A stretch of 20,000 nucleotides of DNA from an uncultured virus (IMG/VR IMGVR_UViG_3300033175_000002). Taxonomy: Duplodnaviria; Heunggongvirae; Uroviricota; Caudoviricetes. A model generated the notes under the pieces. That model had not been told where the DNA came from and did no database searches. It worked only from the letters and a program-made list of their open reading frames with translations. Location: IMG/VR virus record IMGVR_UViG_3300033175_000002; one strand, given 5' to 3'. The position numbers were made by a program, and so were the translations under genes. Shown here piece by piece: positions 7,943 through 15,649 of the stretch (position 1 is its first letter; the number at the start of each line of letters is the position of its first letter).

Positions 7943-9372
7943 TGGCGGATGAACCTCGAAAAGTGTCCCGCATCTCAACTGAGATGCAGCTCTACCAGCA
8001 GGCGGCGAACCCGAACCTACAGGGGTACGGCAGGTTCCAGGTCCTCGGGACCATCAACCGGTCGGTCGCGGTTCAGGTCCGCAAACTCGAGGAGCTCGTA
8101 TTCGAGGCGAGCGCGAACCTCTCGATCCGGACCGCGGCCGGGAAGTACCTCGATGCGCTGGTCATCGATCGGCTCCCTGAAGGGAGGCTCGGTGGGAACC
8201 GGGCGGGGGGTTACGTCACGTTCCACCGGTTCATCCCCGCCGGGGAGGATATCGAGATACCCGCGTTCACTGAGGTCGTTCGGCCCACCGAGGACGGGAC
8301 CAATCCGATCGTGTTCCGGACCGTCGAGGACGTCGTCCTGGAGGCGGGCGATACCGCGGTCGTGGCCCAGATCGAGGCCGTCGAGGCGGGGACCCGGGGG
8401 AACGTTCCGGCGTTTTCCATCGTGGCGGTTACGGATTCGCTGGTTGGCGTTGACTGGATCGAGAACCCGATGCCGATCTCTGGCGGGACCGAGCCCGAGA
8501 CGGACTCTTCCCTGCGGAGGAGGTACATCCACGCCATCCTCGTCCCCGGCCGGGCGACCAAATCGCTGATCGAACAGCATCTACTCGCCCTCCCAACCGT
8601 ATCCGAGGCGTCGGTGGCCCATGTTGGGGGCGGGGACGTCGAGATAGTGGTCGATACCTCCGAGGGGGTCCTCGGGTCGACTTACGAGATCTGGCAGGCA
8701 ATCAGGGAGAACCTGGCCGCTGGGGTGACTGCCCGGGGGGTGCTGGCTGCAACGGCCGGCGATCCGTCCCGGGCCTTGCTCGGGGATTCTGCCGGGGGCC
8801 AGATCTGGGTTCGGCCCACCCAGCATATACTATCCCTCGATTCGCTGGAGGTCACTTACTTCGATGTGCTGGGTCGGGCGAGGACCGGAGTCTGTTCCAT
8901 CCCGGATGCTACCCCCAGAGGGGCGGCGCTGAGGATGACCATGGAGGATGAGGATGATCGGGCCGTCGATATCCGGTCGGTCGATTACGATGGCCCCTAC
9001 GAGTACGAGCTGTTTATCGGGCTCGGAGAGATGCCGTACCTTTACAACCTCCCTGAGCCCGTCCTCGTCTCTGTCGTCGGTCAGGTTCGGGTGGATCCGA
9101 CCGCCCCGGTGGGGTTGCTCCCGGCGATCGAGGCGTCGGTGAGCGATTTTCTGAACCAGTACCGGATCGGAGAGGCGATCGAGTACTCTGACGTCGTCTT
9201 CAAAGCGATCGGTCTCGATTCCGGAACGGGGGTACCGTTCGAGGGGGTCGATGAAATTGTTTCTTGTCAGATATCGGCGAAGTATCAGATGATCGACCGA
9301 TTCGGCCTAAGGATAGCAGTGGACTCGGACGAGCGGGTCCGGGCCGGGACGGTTCGGTTCGAGTACGTCTAG
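7942..9372 (+). CDS. Baseplate J-like wedge protein, 476 aa
   Basis: TAAGKYLD, A.GYVTF, IEAVEAGTRGNVPA and NPMPISGGTEPETDSSLRRR are hallmark Baseplate_J motifs. Confidence 0.93.
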   Translation: MADEPRKVSRISTEMQLYQQAANPNLQGYGRFQVLGTINRSVAVQVRKLEELVFEASANLSIRTAAGKYLDALVIDRLPEGRLGGNRAGGYVTFHRFIPAGEDIEIPAFTEVVRPTEDGTNPIVFRTVEDVVLEAGDTAVVAQIEAVEAGTRGNVPAFSIVAVTDSLVGVDWIENPMPISGGTEPETDSSLRRRYIHAILVPGRATKSLIEQHLLALPTVSEASVAHVGGGDVEIVVDTSEGVLGSTYEIWQAIRENLAAGVTARGVLAATAGDPSRALLGDSAGGQIWVRPTQHILSLDSLEVTYFDVLGRARTGVCSIPDATPRGAALRMTMEDEDDRAVDIRSVDYDGPYEYELFIGLGEMPYLYNLPEPVLVSVVGQVRVDPTAPVGLLPAIEASVSDFLNQYRIGEAIEYSDVVFKAIGLDSGTGVPFEGVDEIVSCQISAKYQMIDRFGLRIAVDSDERVRAGTVRFEYV

Positions 9373-9386
9373 TTTGGGGTGACGTT

Positions 9387-9836
9387 ATGGGGGGAAAAGT
9401 GAATCCAGGTATCCAGGGAGGAGAGCTCCAGGCTTTCCTCGAAACCAAGTTCCCGATGACCACGGGTCGGCTGAGAAGGTTCCGGCCCTACGGACGGTCG
9501 GAACTTGAGGCATTGCTCGGAGTGGTCGTCGAGCCCGGCCCACAGGTGACTCTGCACGCTTTTCCGGGGCTGAGGATCGGAGATCATCAGGTCCCGCCGA
9601 AGTTCTTGCGGGTGTCAAGGGGCCAGATCGGAACCGAGGTGTTTCGCGAGAGCGATAGCGGGATCAAGAACGTCCGGATACTTTCGAAAGACGAGATCGT
9701 TCAGTACTACTACGATCTGGTCGTGGCAGGGTATACCCAGGCCGAGCTCGAGCTGACCCTGAACTCCGACTTTCCGCCGGCCATCGTCCGGGGACTGAAG
9801 AGAGATGCCCCGGTCGTCGAACCGAGGAGGGGATGA
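9387..9836 (+). CDS. Hypothetical protein, 149 aa
   Basis: GGGGTGA RBS then ATG at 9387. Fits the operon packing; no recognisable motif. Confidence 0.7.
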   Translation: MGGKVNPGIQGGELQAFLETKFPMTTGRLRRFRPYGRSELEALLGVVVEPGPQVTLHAFPGLRIGDHQVPPKFLRVSRGQIGTEVFRESDSGIKNVRILSKDEIVQYYYDLVVAGYTQAELELTLNSDFPPAIVRGLKRDAPVVEPRRG

Positions 9837-9837
9837 T

Positions 9838-10185
9838 ATGGGCGGGCTAGAGGTCATCGACGTCCATCTGCTGAAGCTCTCGTTCGCGTTCGGCTTGCTG
9901 CTGATCGTTTCGGGAGCGGCCCACGTCTACATGGGGTGCAAGTTCCGATCCATGGAGGGCTTGCTTCGGATCGTGGCCCAGCAGAACCGGGCTCTGTCTA
10001 CCGAGAGGGCGAACGCCCTGGAGAAGGTTGCCCAGCTTCAGATGACCCTGGAGGAGGACCTCGCCGTCCGGGCGGCCCTGAAGCGGTGCGCGGATCGGGC
10101 GACCTCCCTCGAAGAGCTGAAAGGGTGCGTTCACGAGTACGTTGCCCCGATCGAACCGGTGAAGGGCGGCGAGGGGGATGCATGA
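9838..10185 (+). CDS. Membrane-anchored coiled-coil protein, 115 aa
   Basis: GAGGAGGGG RBS. Hydrophobic segment LSFAFGLLLIVSGAAHVYMG followed by heptad-like helix and a C-x12-C pair (CADRATSLEELKGC). Confidence 0.72.
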   Translation: MGGLEVIDVHLLKLSFAFGLLLIVSGAAHVYMGCKFRSMEGLLRIVAQQNRALSTERANALEKVAQLQMTLEEDLAVRAALKRCADRATSLEELKGCVHEYVAPIEPVKGGEGDA

Positions 10186-10556
10186 GCCCTGAAGCGGTCA
10201 TCTGGATCCTCGGGATGCTGTTCATCATCGTCGGGACCGTTGCCGCATGGCTGGCGTTCAGCTTCCGGCACCTGCGGGGAACGGTGTACGTGTCCCTTGC
10301 GGAGGTCGGGGAGCTGCTCGTCCTCATCGCTCGATGGTACAAACTCGAGGATCCCGAGGAGAAGGCTGCCCGGATCCTAAAGATGGATCGGGAGACGCTG
10401 AAGCTAGAGATCGAGCGGGGCAACCTCATGATGCTGATAGCGCGTCGGGCCGAGGCGATCCTCGCTACGCTGAAATCTGCCGTCCCCGATGCGGGGAGGC
10501 TCATCCACGACATCGAGGACGATTTCTGTGGGGATGGTCGGCAGCGTGGAGGCTGA
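10182..10556 (+). CDS. Single-TM membrane protein, 124 aa (holin-like candidate)
   Basis: ATGA overlap with the upstream gene and GAGGGGG RBS. N-terminal TM AVIWILGMLFIIVGTVAAWLAFSF followed by a charged helical tail. Confidence 0.72.
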   Translation: MSPEAVIWILGMLFIIVGTVAAWLAFSFRHLRGTVYVSLAEVGELLVLIARWYKLEDPEEKAARILKMDRETLKLEIERGNLMMLIARRAEAILATLKSAVPDAGRLIHDIEDDFCGDGRQRGG

Positions 10557-10557
10557 T

Positions 10558-11310
10558 ATGGAGTACATCGTCGAACCGCTGGATTTTCGCAAGTATTTCT
10601 ACACGTGCGTGATCCTGGCGATAGTCTGTCTGCTTACCGGCCTCGCCGCGGTCTCGATCAGCGGTTACGCGGGCGTGCTGGAGACCTCGATCAAGGGGAC
10701 GGGGTCGATGGACGTCCGGCATCATACTGAGAGGGCGGCCGACGTGGCGATGGCCCAGAACGCGACCGTCGTCTACCAGTCCTCGATTACCGGGTCGGTG
10801 GACGATATGGCCCGGGCCTTCTCGACCTCGTTCATGGTCTTTGGCGCGGGAGGGACCCGTCGGGACCAGTACGTCGTCAAAGGGTCTGGGGCCGGCAACA
10901 AAGTCGAGTTCCGAGCTACCCAGCTCTCGGGGGATTTCGTCGGTGAAGGCGATATCGTCTTGAGGATGGAAGACGATCGCGAAAGCTTCGAGTCCCGGAT
11001 AGTCCTCGATTCGACTGCTGGGGAGGCGGTGTTCCAGGGGCGCGTCAAAGCTCGTGACCCCGTCGGAAGGCCGTTCACCGTGGAAGAGATCGAAGCGGTC
11101 GGGGCGTTCCTGATCGAGTCGTACTTGCTGGAGGAGGAGCCTCCGGAGACCGTCGCGAACTGGCTGACGTTCTGCTCGCTCATCAACACCGAGCTCCAGT
11201 CCGTTGCGCCGGGGGCTTACGTCACGCCCGAAGGCTATACCCTGGACGGGTGGGGGAACCTCACCCCGGACCAAGACTGCCCTACCGGCCGATGCCCTTA
11301 CGCGAGCTGA
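10558..11310 (+). CDS. Secreted or membrane-anchored beta-rich protein, 250 aa
   Basis: GGAGG RBS. RK followed by hydrophobic YFYTCVILAIVCLLTGLAAVSI (signal/anchor), then alternating polar/hydrophobic Ser/Gly/Thr-rich strands and C-terminal WLTFC...CPTGRC. Confidence 0.75.
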   Translation: MEYIVEPLDFRKYFYTCVILAIVCLLTGLAAVSISGYAGVLETSIKGTGSMDVRHHTERAADVAMAQNATVVYQSSITGSVDDMARAFSTSFMVFGAGGTRRDQYVVKGSGAGNKVEFRATQLSGDFVGEGDIVLRMEDDRESFESRIVLDSTAGEAVFQGRVKARDPVGRPFTVEEIEAVGAFLIESYLLEEEPPETVANWLTFCSLINTELQSVAPGAYVTPEGYTLDGWGNLTPDQDCPTGRCPYAS

Positions 11311-11321
11311 CGTTCTGGGGA

Positions 11322-11398
11322 GGCCCGATGCCCGATCCGAGGCGTCGGGCCAAACCCACCCGAAATCGAGCAGCATCGCCCTCATCCGCCTATTTTTT
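11322..11398 (+). terminator. Putative terminator of the structural operon
   Basis: 11-bp stem GGCCCGATGCC/GGCGTCGGGCC (11322-11351, one G-U) and a T6 tract at 11393-11398. Confidence 0.45.
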
Positions 11399-11672
11399 GA
11401 TGCGTGCAGATCGGCCATAACTTGTGATAATTTTGGATCCGTAGGTCTGAAGATTCCGGGAAAACTGTTAAACCGCTACCAGGCTCGGCCGTCCTAGCCT
11501 CGCGTTGGCGGCCGATCTCGATCGGGCCTTTATGTTAGAAGCTCGGGTTTTATCTGGCCCGTTTATTCAATTTTATATCGAATTATCCTGGCCGTTGAAT
11601 CTGATCCGAGCCGAATCCTGGTCCACGGATGGAAAAAAAGATGTCTGTGGATCACTTTCGGCCCGTGCGTGT

Positions 11673-11690
11673 CCGTAAAGAGTTTATATG
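11673..11690 (+). promoter_or_regulatory. Archaeal BRE/TATA promoter
   Basis: CCGTAAAGAG-TTTATATG about 30 bp before the SWIM gene ATG, in an AT-rich gap. Confidence 0.65.
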
Positions 11691-11721
11691 CTGTAGAATA
11701 TTATCTCATGGAGACTAATGT

Positions 11722-12030
11722 ATGGCGGGGCCTGGGAAGCTGTACTCGATCGGTGAGGTTCGGACCGCTGCCGAGGTGGTCCTAGGCTGGTCCCGGCGAG
11801 TGCTCCCTCCCGTCATCGTGTTCTCTCCAAAATCCGTCGCGGTTCGGAGCGATTCAGAGATCGGCTATTACTCGTGTTGGGAGGAGTTTGGTACGTGGTC
11901 CTGTTCGTGTCCCAGCTTTTATATTTCAGGATCGTGTAAGCATCTAGTCCGGGCGAAGTTGGCCGCAGTCCATGAAGCTGATCGAGTGACGACCGCTGCG
12001 CCTCGGGCCATGTCTGCCTTGATCGAATAG
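11722..12030 (+). CDS. SWIM zinc-finger protein, 102 aa
   Basis: WSCSCPSFYISGSCKHL matches the SWIM CxC-xn-CxH motif, preceded by VRSDSE...Y as in stand-alone SWIM proteins. Confidence 0.8.
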   Translation: MAGPGKLYSIGEVRTAAEVVLGWSRRVLPPVIVFSPKSVAVRSDSEIGYYSCWEEFGTWSCSCPSFYISGSCKHLVRAKLAAVHEADRVTTAAPRAMSALIE

Positions 12031-12080
12031 GGCTCGCGTGGCTGGTTCCAGATGGGGTCCGAGGCATCATTTTAATGCGA

Positions 12081-12100
12081 CCGTAAAGTAAATAATATAA
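12081..12100 (+). promoter_or_regulatory. Putative archaeal promoter
   Basis: CCGTAAAG (same 8-mer as at 11673) followed by TAAATAATATAA in an intergenic gap. Confidence 0.5.
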
Positions 12101-12143
12101 GAGTGGGATACTTAGGGCAGAGACTGCCGTGCGAGGTGGTGCG

Positions 12144-12482
12144 ATGCTTAGACGTGTCCCAACAGAAGTCCACATTAAACGCCCCGAAGTTTCGAGCCGG
12201 ATCGATGCCGACGGAGTCCGGAGGCTATCGTCCCGAGAGATGCGGGAGAAGTGGCGGGTGCCTCCCGGTGCTGTTTTGATGAGATTGAACGGGTCGGTCC
12301 GGCCTGATCTGCTCGATCTGGTTGCCGATTCGGAAGCTTTCGTTTTCGGGTATCGTCTCCCTTCCGAGGGGTCCGACTCGATCATCGCGATGGTCGTGTC
12401 GTCTTCTCCCGGGACGACTGGGTGCGTGAGGACCAAGCTTCCGATCAAGGACATCCTCCCGCTTGATGAGGGGTCTCGATGA
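12144..12482 (+). CDS. Hypothetical protein, 112 aa
   Basis: GAGGTGGTG RBS then ATG at 12144; ATGA overlap with the next gene. Confidence 0.6.
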   Translation: MLRRVPTEVHIKRPEVSSRIDADGVRRLSSREMREKWRVPPGAVLMRLNGSVRPDLLDLVADSEAFVFGYRLPSEGSDSIIAMVVSSSPGTTGCVRTKLPIKDILPLDEGSR

Positions 12483-12688
12483 CCCGGATCGACCCGGATC
12501 TGATGGCCGACGTCGCCGTCGAGAGCCGGATGCAAGCGTTCGCCGACCGGCTCCGAGACGTCCCGGTCGAGGCCCTGGTAAACGAGCTTCTGCGTGTCCC
12601 GACAGAAGATCTAGTCGCCGAGCTTCGGCGGAGGGGCATCTCAATTGGATCGTGTGAGGTAGATAATTTTGAACGAATCCGTGCGTAG
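12479..12688 (+). CDS. Small helical hypothetical protein, 69 aa
   Basis: GAGGGG RBS. Internal repeat VPVEALVNELLR / VPTEDLVAELRR, with an ELRRRG ending common in small viral proteins. Confidence 0.65.
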   Translation: MTRIDPDLMADVAVESRMQAFADRLRDVPVEALVNELLRVPTEDLVAELRRRGISIGSCEVDNFERIRA

Positions 12689-13568
12689 CGAAACAGTAGA
12701 CTCGGTCGAGATCACCTCGATCCGAGATCAAGCCGGGGACCGGAAACTGACCCCGGTCGAAGAGCAGGCCCTTCTCAACGTTGGCCGAGCTGCCTACCAG
12801 CTGCATGAGGAGTTCTCGGTTCCGTGGCCTAGGATCGCCGCGATGGGCAATTTCGTGACCGCCGTCGTCGAACTGATCTCTACCCCAGTTCGGGAGATCA
12901 GGTTCAGCATCAACGAAGAGGGCAACATCCTCGTCGGGCTGAACGATCTGGACGAGGATGCAGAGGTCGAACGCGGGACGGGCGAGACAACCCCTCCCAG
13001 TGACGATACCCCCCTCCCCCCAGATCCCACTGCGAGCAACCCTTACGTGGCTATGTGGACCTCCCGGATCAAGGGGCTCGTCCCAGAAGGGTTCCCGGTC
13101 GGGAAGCCGGCCGAGTGGACCGCCGCTAACGAATGGTCTGCCCGCCGGATAGCTAGCTCGCTGGGGTATTCGCCCTCGACCGTTTCGAATGCGGTCACCA
13201 TCTTGTGCAGGCTCGGGTGGCTGCGGCAGAGCTGGTCACCGAACGTCCCCCGGCTGTTCATGTACTACATCGCCGACCCCGCCGAGGAGGAGGGGAAGCC
13301 GCCCGGGTTGCTGTCGGAACTTTCCGACTCGGATATCATCGCCTGCCTGCCCGATGAACCCCCGCGTCCGGGCGAAGCTGTTTCGCTGGGGGCGCCTGGG
13401 ACAGTCCGGGCCGTCGCTGACGAGTTCTGCGTCCGCAAGTCGCTGGCGTCTGAGCGGTTGCGGAAACTGTACACCGCGAAGAAGATCGGTCGGGTCTGGA
13501 CGGTCATCCACACCGGCGGAGTCCCGGTCAACGGCTGCGTGTACTTCAAGAAGGGGGGCGACCTGTGA
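12669..13568 (+). CDS. DNA-binding protein with two winged-helix domains, about 299 aa
   Basis: SARRIASSLGYSPSTVSNAVTILCRLGWL and TVRAVADEFCVRKSLASERLRKLYTAKKIGR are both wHTH patterns with beta wings. TGAGGT RBS before the TTG start. Confidence 0.7.
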   Translation: MNESVRSETVDSVEITSIRDQAGDRKLTPVEEQALLNVGRAAYQLHEEFSVPWPRIAAMGNFVTAVVELISTPVREIRFSINEEGNILVGLNDLDEDAEVERGTGETTPPSDDTPLPPDPTASNPYVAMWTSRIKGLVPEGFPVGKPAEWTAANEWSARRIASSLGYSPSTVSNAVTILCRLGWLRQSWSPNVPRLFMYYIADPAEEEGKPPGLLSELSDSDIIACLPDEPPRPGEAVSLGAPGTVRAVADEFCVRKSLASERLRKLYTAKKIGRVWTVIHTGGVPVNGCVYFKKGGDL

Positions 13569-13930
13569 ACCAGGTCGTCGTTCGAGGCACCCCGGAGTGG
13601 AGCCCCTCCGAGGGCCCCCTCATCCAGATCATCGGGATCGAGGGGGTGGCGGTAAAATCCGAGCTACCCCCTGAGTACCTGGCCATGTACCCTCACATGT
13701 ACTGTCCCGAGCCGGGGTCGCAGACGGTCGTCATCAGGATGTCCCCAGAAGTGATGCTGATTGTCCCCCCAGACCCGCGACCCACCCCGAAAAAGACATT
13801 CGGGGAGCTCGTCCGGGTCATGCAAAAATGCAGGGACAACCTTCGCCAGGTCTCGGCGGCTTCTGAGAGGAGAGCGAAGGAAAAGCAGCAGAAATGGCTG
13901 TCTAAGGGGCCGATCGAGGTCCGCATCTGA
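13565..13930 (+). CDS. Hypothetical protein, 121 aa
   Basis: GTGA overlap with upstream stop and GGGGG RBS-like run. Confidence 0.65.
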   Translation: MNQVVVRGTPEWSPSEGPLIQIIGIEGVAVKSELPPEYLAMYPHMYCPEPGSQTVVIRMSPEVMLIVPPDPRPTPKKTFGELVRVMQKCRDNLRQVSAASERRAKEKQQKWLSKGPIEVRI

Positions 13931-13936
13931 GGTACC

Positions 13937-14452
13937 ATGCATCCGAAAAGCAAACCAAAAGGGTCGGCTGAATCCCAACCCCGACCCGTTGCCCGAATCG
14001 TCGAGATGGGGGCGGGGGCCGAGGCGGTCCCCGACCTCACCGAACCCGTTGACCAGCTTACCGTCGTCAAGGTACCCTATCGGGACCCTGAGCTCGAAGC
14101 GGCCGAACAGATCGATGACCAGGACGCGAAGACGATTGCTGTCGTCGCACTGTTCCTCCGGTCCCTGCCTCCGTACGCTAGCGCTCCGATCGAGGATCGA
14201 AAAGAGCTGGGGCGGGAGTGGGCGACCGCTGGCATATCCCTGGAGGAGATCGCGGCATGGGTGGCAGTCGGGGTCGCCTCCCCTCGGAGGGCGGTCGAGC
14301 TCAAGCAGTTCGGCCTGAGTCCCGGGGACGTTGCTTCTCCTACCGTTGATGGGGGGCCTACGATCGGCCACCTCTATAACGAGAGCAAGATCAATATCGA
14401 GACCGCTGTCTCCTACTCCCGGAAGGTGGCTGCGGGGAGGTCCCACCAGTGA
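13937..14452 (+). CDS. Hypothetical protein, 171 aa
   Basis: GAGGT RBS. C-terminal W..AG.S.EE...W...G...P..A helical-repeat-like segment. Confidence 0.7.
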   Translation: MHPKSKPKGSAESQPRPVARIVEMGAGAEAVPDLTEPVDQLTVVKVPYRDPELEAAEQIDDQDAKTIAVVALFLRSLPPYASAPIEDRKELGREWATAGISLEEIAAWVAVGVASPRRAVELKQFGLSPGDVASPTVDGGPTIGHLYNESKINIETAVSYSRKVAAGRSHQ

Positions 14453-14856
14453 CCAGCAGCCTCTACAAAGATTTCGTCGGACGGCGGGTCCGGATTGCGG
14501 GCAGGTCTGGCGTCGTGGTTGGTGAGCTGTTAATAGTCTCCGATTACGAGCTCACCGTCCAAGGCGCCACCGGCACCGTCGTCCTCATGAAGGGGTCGGT
14601 CTGGTCCGTCGAGCTGTCCGGGTCGACTGAATGCGCCGGACAGATCGTCCAGGGCGAGATCCTTTCGAAGCTGGTCGGGGAGAAGGTCTCCATCGTCGTT
14701 GGGGGGAACGTTGGCCTTTCCGGTACCATCCTGAAGGTGAGCCGATACGAGATCGAGATCAAGTCCGGGGACCGGGTTGTCCTCGTGCCAAAAGGATCCG
14801 TCGACCGGATCGTGATCGCTGGGAAGGGCGAGGTTTTCGGAGCGCGGGCCAAGTAG
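14449..14856 (+). CDS. Tandem Sm/Hfq-like (LSm fold) protein, 135 aa
   Basis: Two similar halves: FVGRRVRI...VVGELLIVSDYELTV...VVLMKGSVWSV and LVGEKVSI...LSGTILKVSRYEIEI...VLVPKGSVDRI, matching the Sm1/Sm2 spacing of Hfq-like proteins. Confidence 0.7.
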   Translation: MTSSLYKDFVGRRVRIAGRSGVVVGELLIVSDYELTVQGATGTVVLMKGSVWSVELSGSTECAGQIVQGEILSKLVGEKVSIVVGGNVGLSGTILKVSRYEIEIKSGDRVVLVPKGSVDRIVIAGKGEVFGARAK

Positions 14857-14929
14857 GCCCGCCCCCTCCCACAAGGATTATATTCGGGTGGCAAGATATA
14901 GGGATCTTGTATCTGGAGGTGCGGAAAGC

Positions 14930-15400
14930 GTGTCCCAACTCGATCCGGGATTATCCCCGATCAAATCGATACCAGTCGGTGATGTGTACCGGAGGCTGTC
15001 CGATCTGGAGGCCCGATTCGATTCGGAGACGGCCCGGTTATGGGCCGACAACGAAAAGCTGCGATCCGAGAACGCTGCGATCCGAAAAGAGCTGGTGGCC
15101 CATCAGGAGCGGCTTGCCGGGATGCGGTCGGGTCTGCTTCATCTGATGGATCGTGAGCGGTCCTACAATGCCCAGCGATACCAAGATCTGGCAGCCCAGA
15201 TCAGCTCCCTTGTCCGGGGCGCAAAAACCAAGTCGCTTACGTTCTCGGAGCTGAGGGGTTTTCTTCACATCGATGCTCCGACCCTGACCCGGGCCGCGAA
15301 AGCTGCTTGTGCTTCTGACCCTGACCTGGAGATTTGTTTCGTAGCGGGGTCGAAGAAGGAGAAACAAATATGTTTTGGAGGAGATCGTTGTCTGCAATAA
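14930..15400 (+). CDS. Coiled-coil plus C-terminal winged-helix protein, about 156 aa
   Basis: GGAGGTG RBS at 14915-14921 favours GTG 14930 over 14888. Heptad region LEARFDSETARLWADNEKLRSEN and HTH LTFSELRGFLHIDAPTLTRA. Confidence 0.65.
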   Translation: MSQLDPGLSPIKSIPVGDVYRRLSDLEARFDSETARLWADNEKLRSENAAIRKELVAHQERLAGMRSGLLHLMDRERSYNAQRYQDLAAQISSLVRGAKTKSLTFSELRGFLHIDAPTLTRAAKAACASDPDLEICFVAGSKKEKQICFGGDRCLQ

Positions 15401-15455
15401 AACAATAATCCTGAGATTTGGAGCCCTGGAGAAAAACCGGGGTTAAAAATTGTAG

Positions 15456-15483
15456 TGTATGTATGTATGTATGTATGTATGTA
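15456..15483. repeat. (TGTA)7 perfect tetranucleotide repeat
   Basis: Read directly: TGTATGTATGTATGTATGTATGTATGTA. Confidence 0.95.
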
Positions 15484-15497
15484 GTCGTAACCATATT

Positions 15498-15545
15498 GAT
15501 AGATAGATAGATAGATATCGATAGATATCGATCGGTTGATAGATC
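15498..15545. repeat. (GATA)5 followed by degenerate GATA/GATC units
   Basis: GATA x5 at 15498-15517, then TC-GATAGATA-TC-GATC-GGTT-GATAGATC. Confidence 0.9.
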
Positions 15546-15614
15546 TTTAGGAGGTCAGTCGATTTGTGCGAGGTTTCGGTCGTCCCACCAGAAAATTGTT
15601 TTATTGCGCCAACA

Positions 15615-15646
15615 ACCACCACCGTAGAAATTTCTAGGGTGGTGGT
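15615..15646. promoter_or_regulatory. 32-bp near-perfect palindrome overlapping the MCM ribosome-binding site
   Basis: ACCACCACCGTAGAAA|TTTCTAGGGTGGTGGT has 15 of 16 positions complementary and ends 3 bp before the TTG start. Confidence 0.75.
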
Positions 15647-15649
15647 GGC

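Noticed and set aside
1..9372. Stand-alone eCIS/tailocin locus
   Set aside because: A long tape measure with G/GT chaperones and an adjacent viral replication module fit a virus better, although head genes are outside the window.
11813..12806. Minus-strand ORFs of 240 and 193 aa in the early region
   Set aside because: They overlap + strand genes that have RBSs, start/stop coupling and a SWIM motif; their own translations are low-complexity.
15456..15545. Possible CRISPR array or iterated long repeat
   Set aside because: Units are 4 bp with no spacers; this is a microsatellite.
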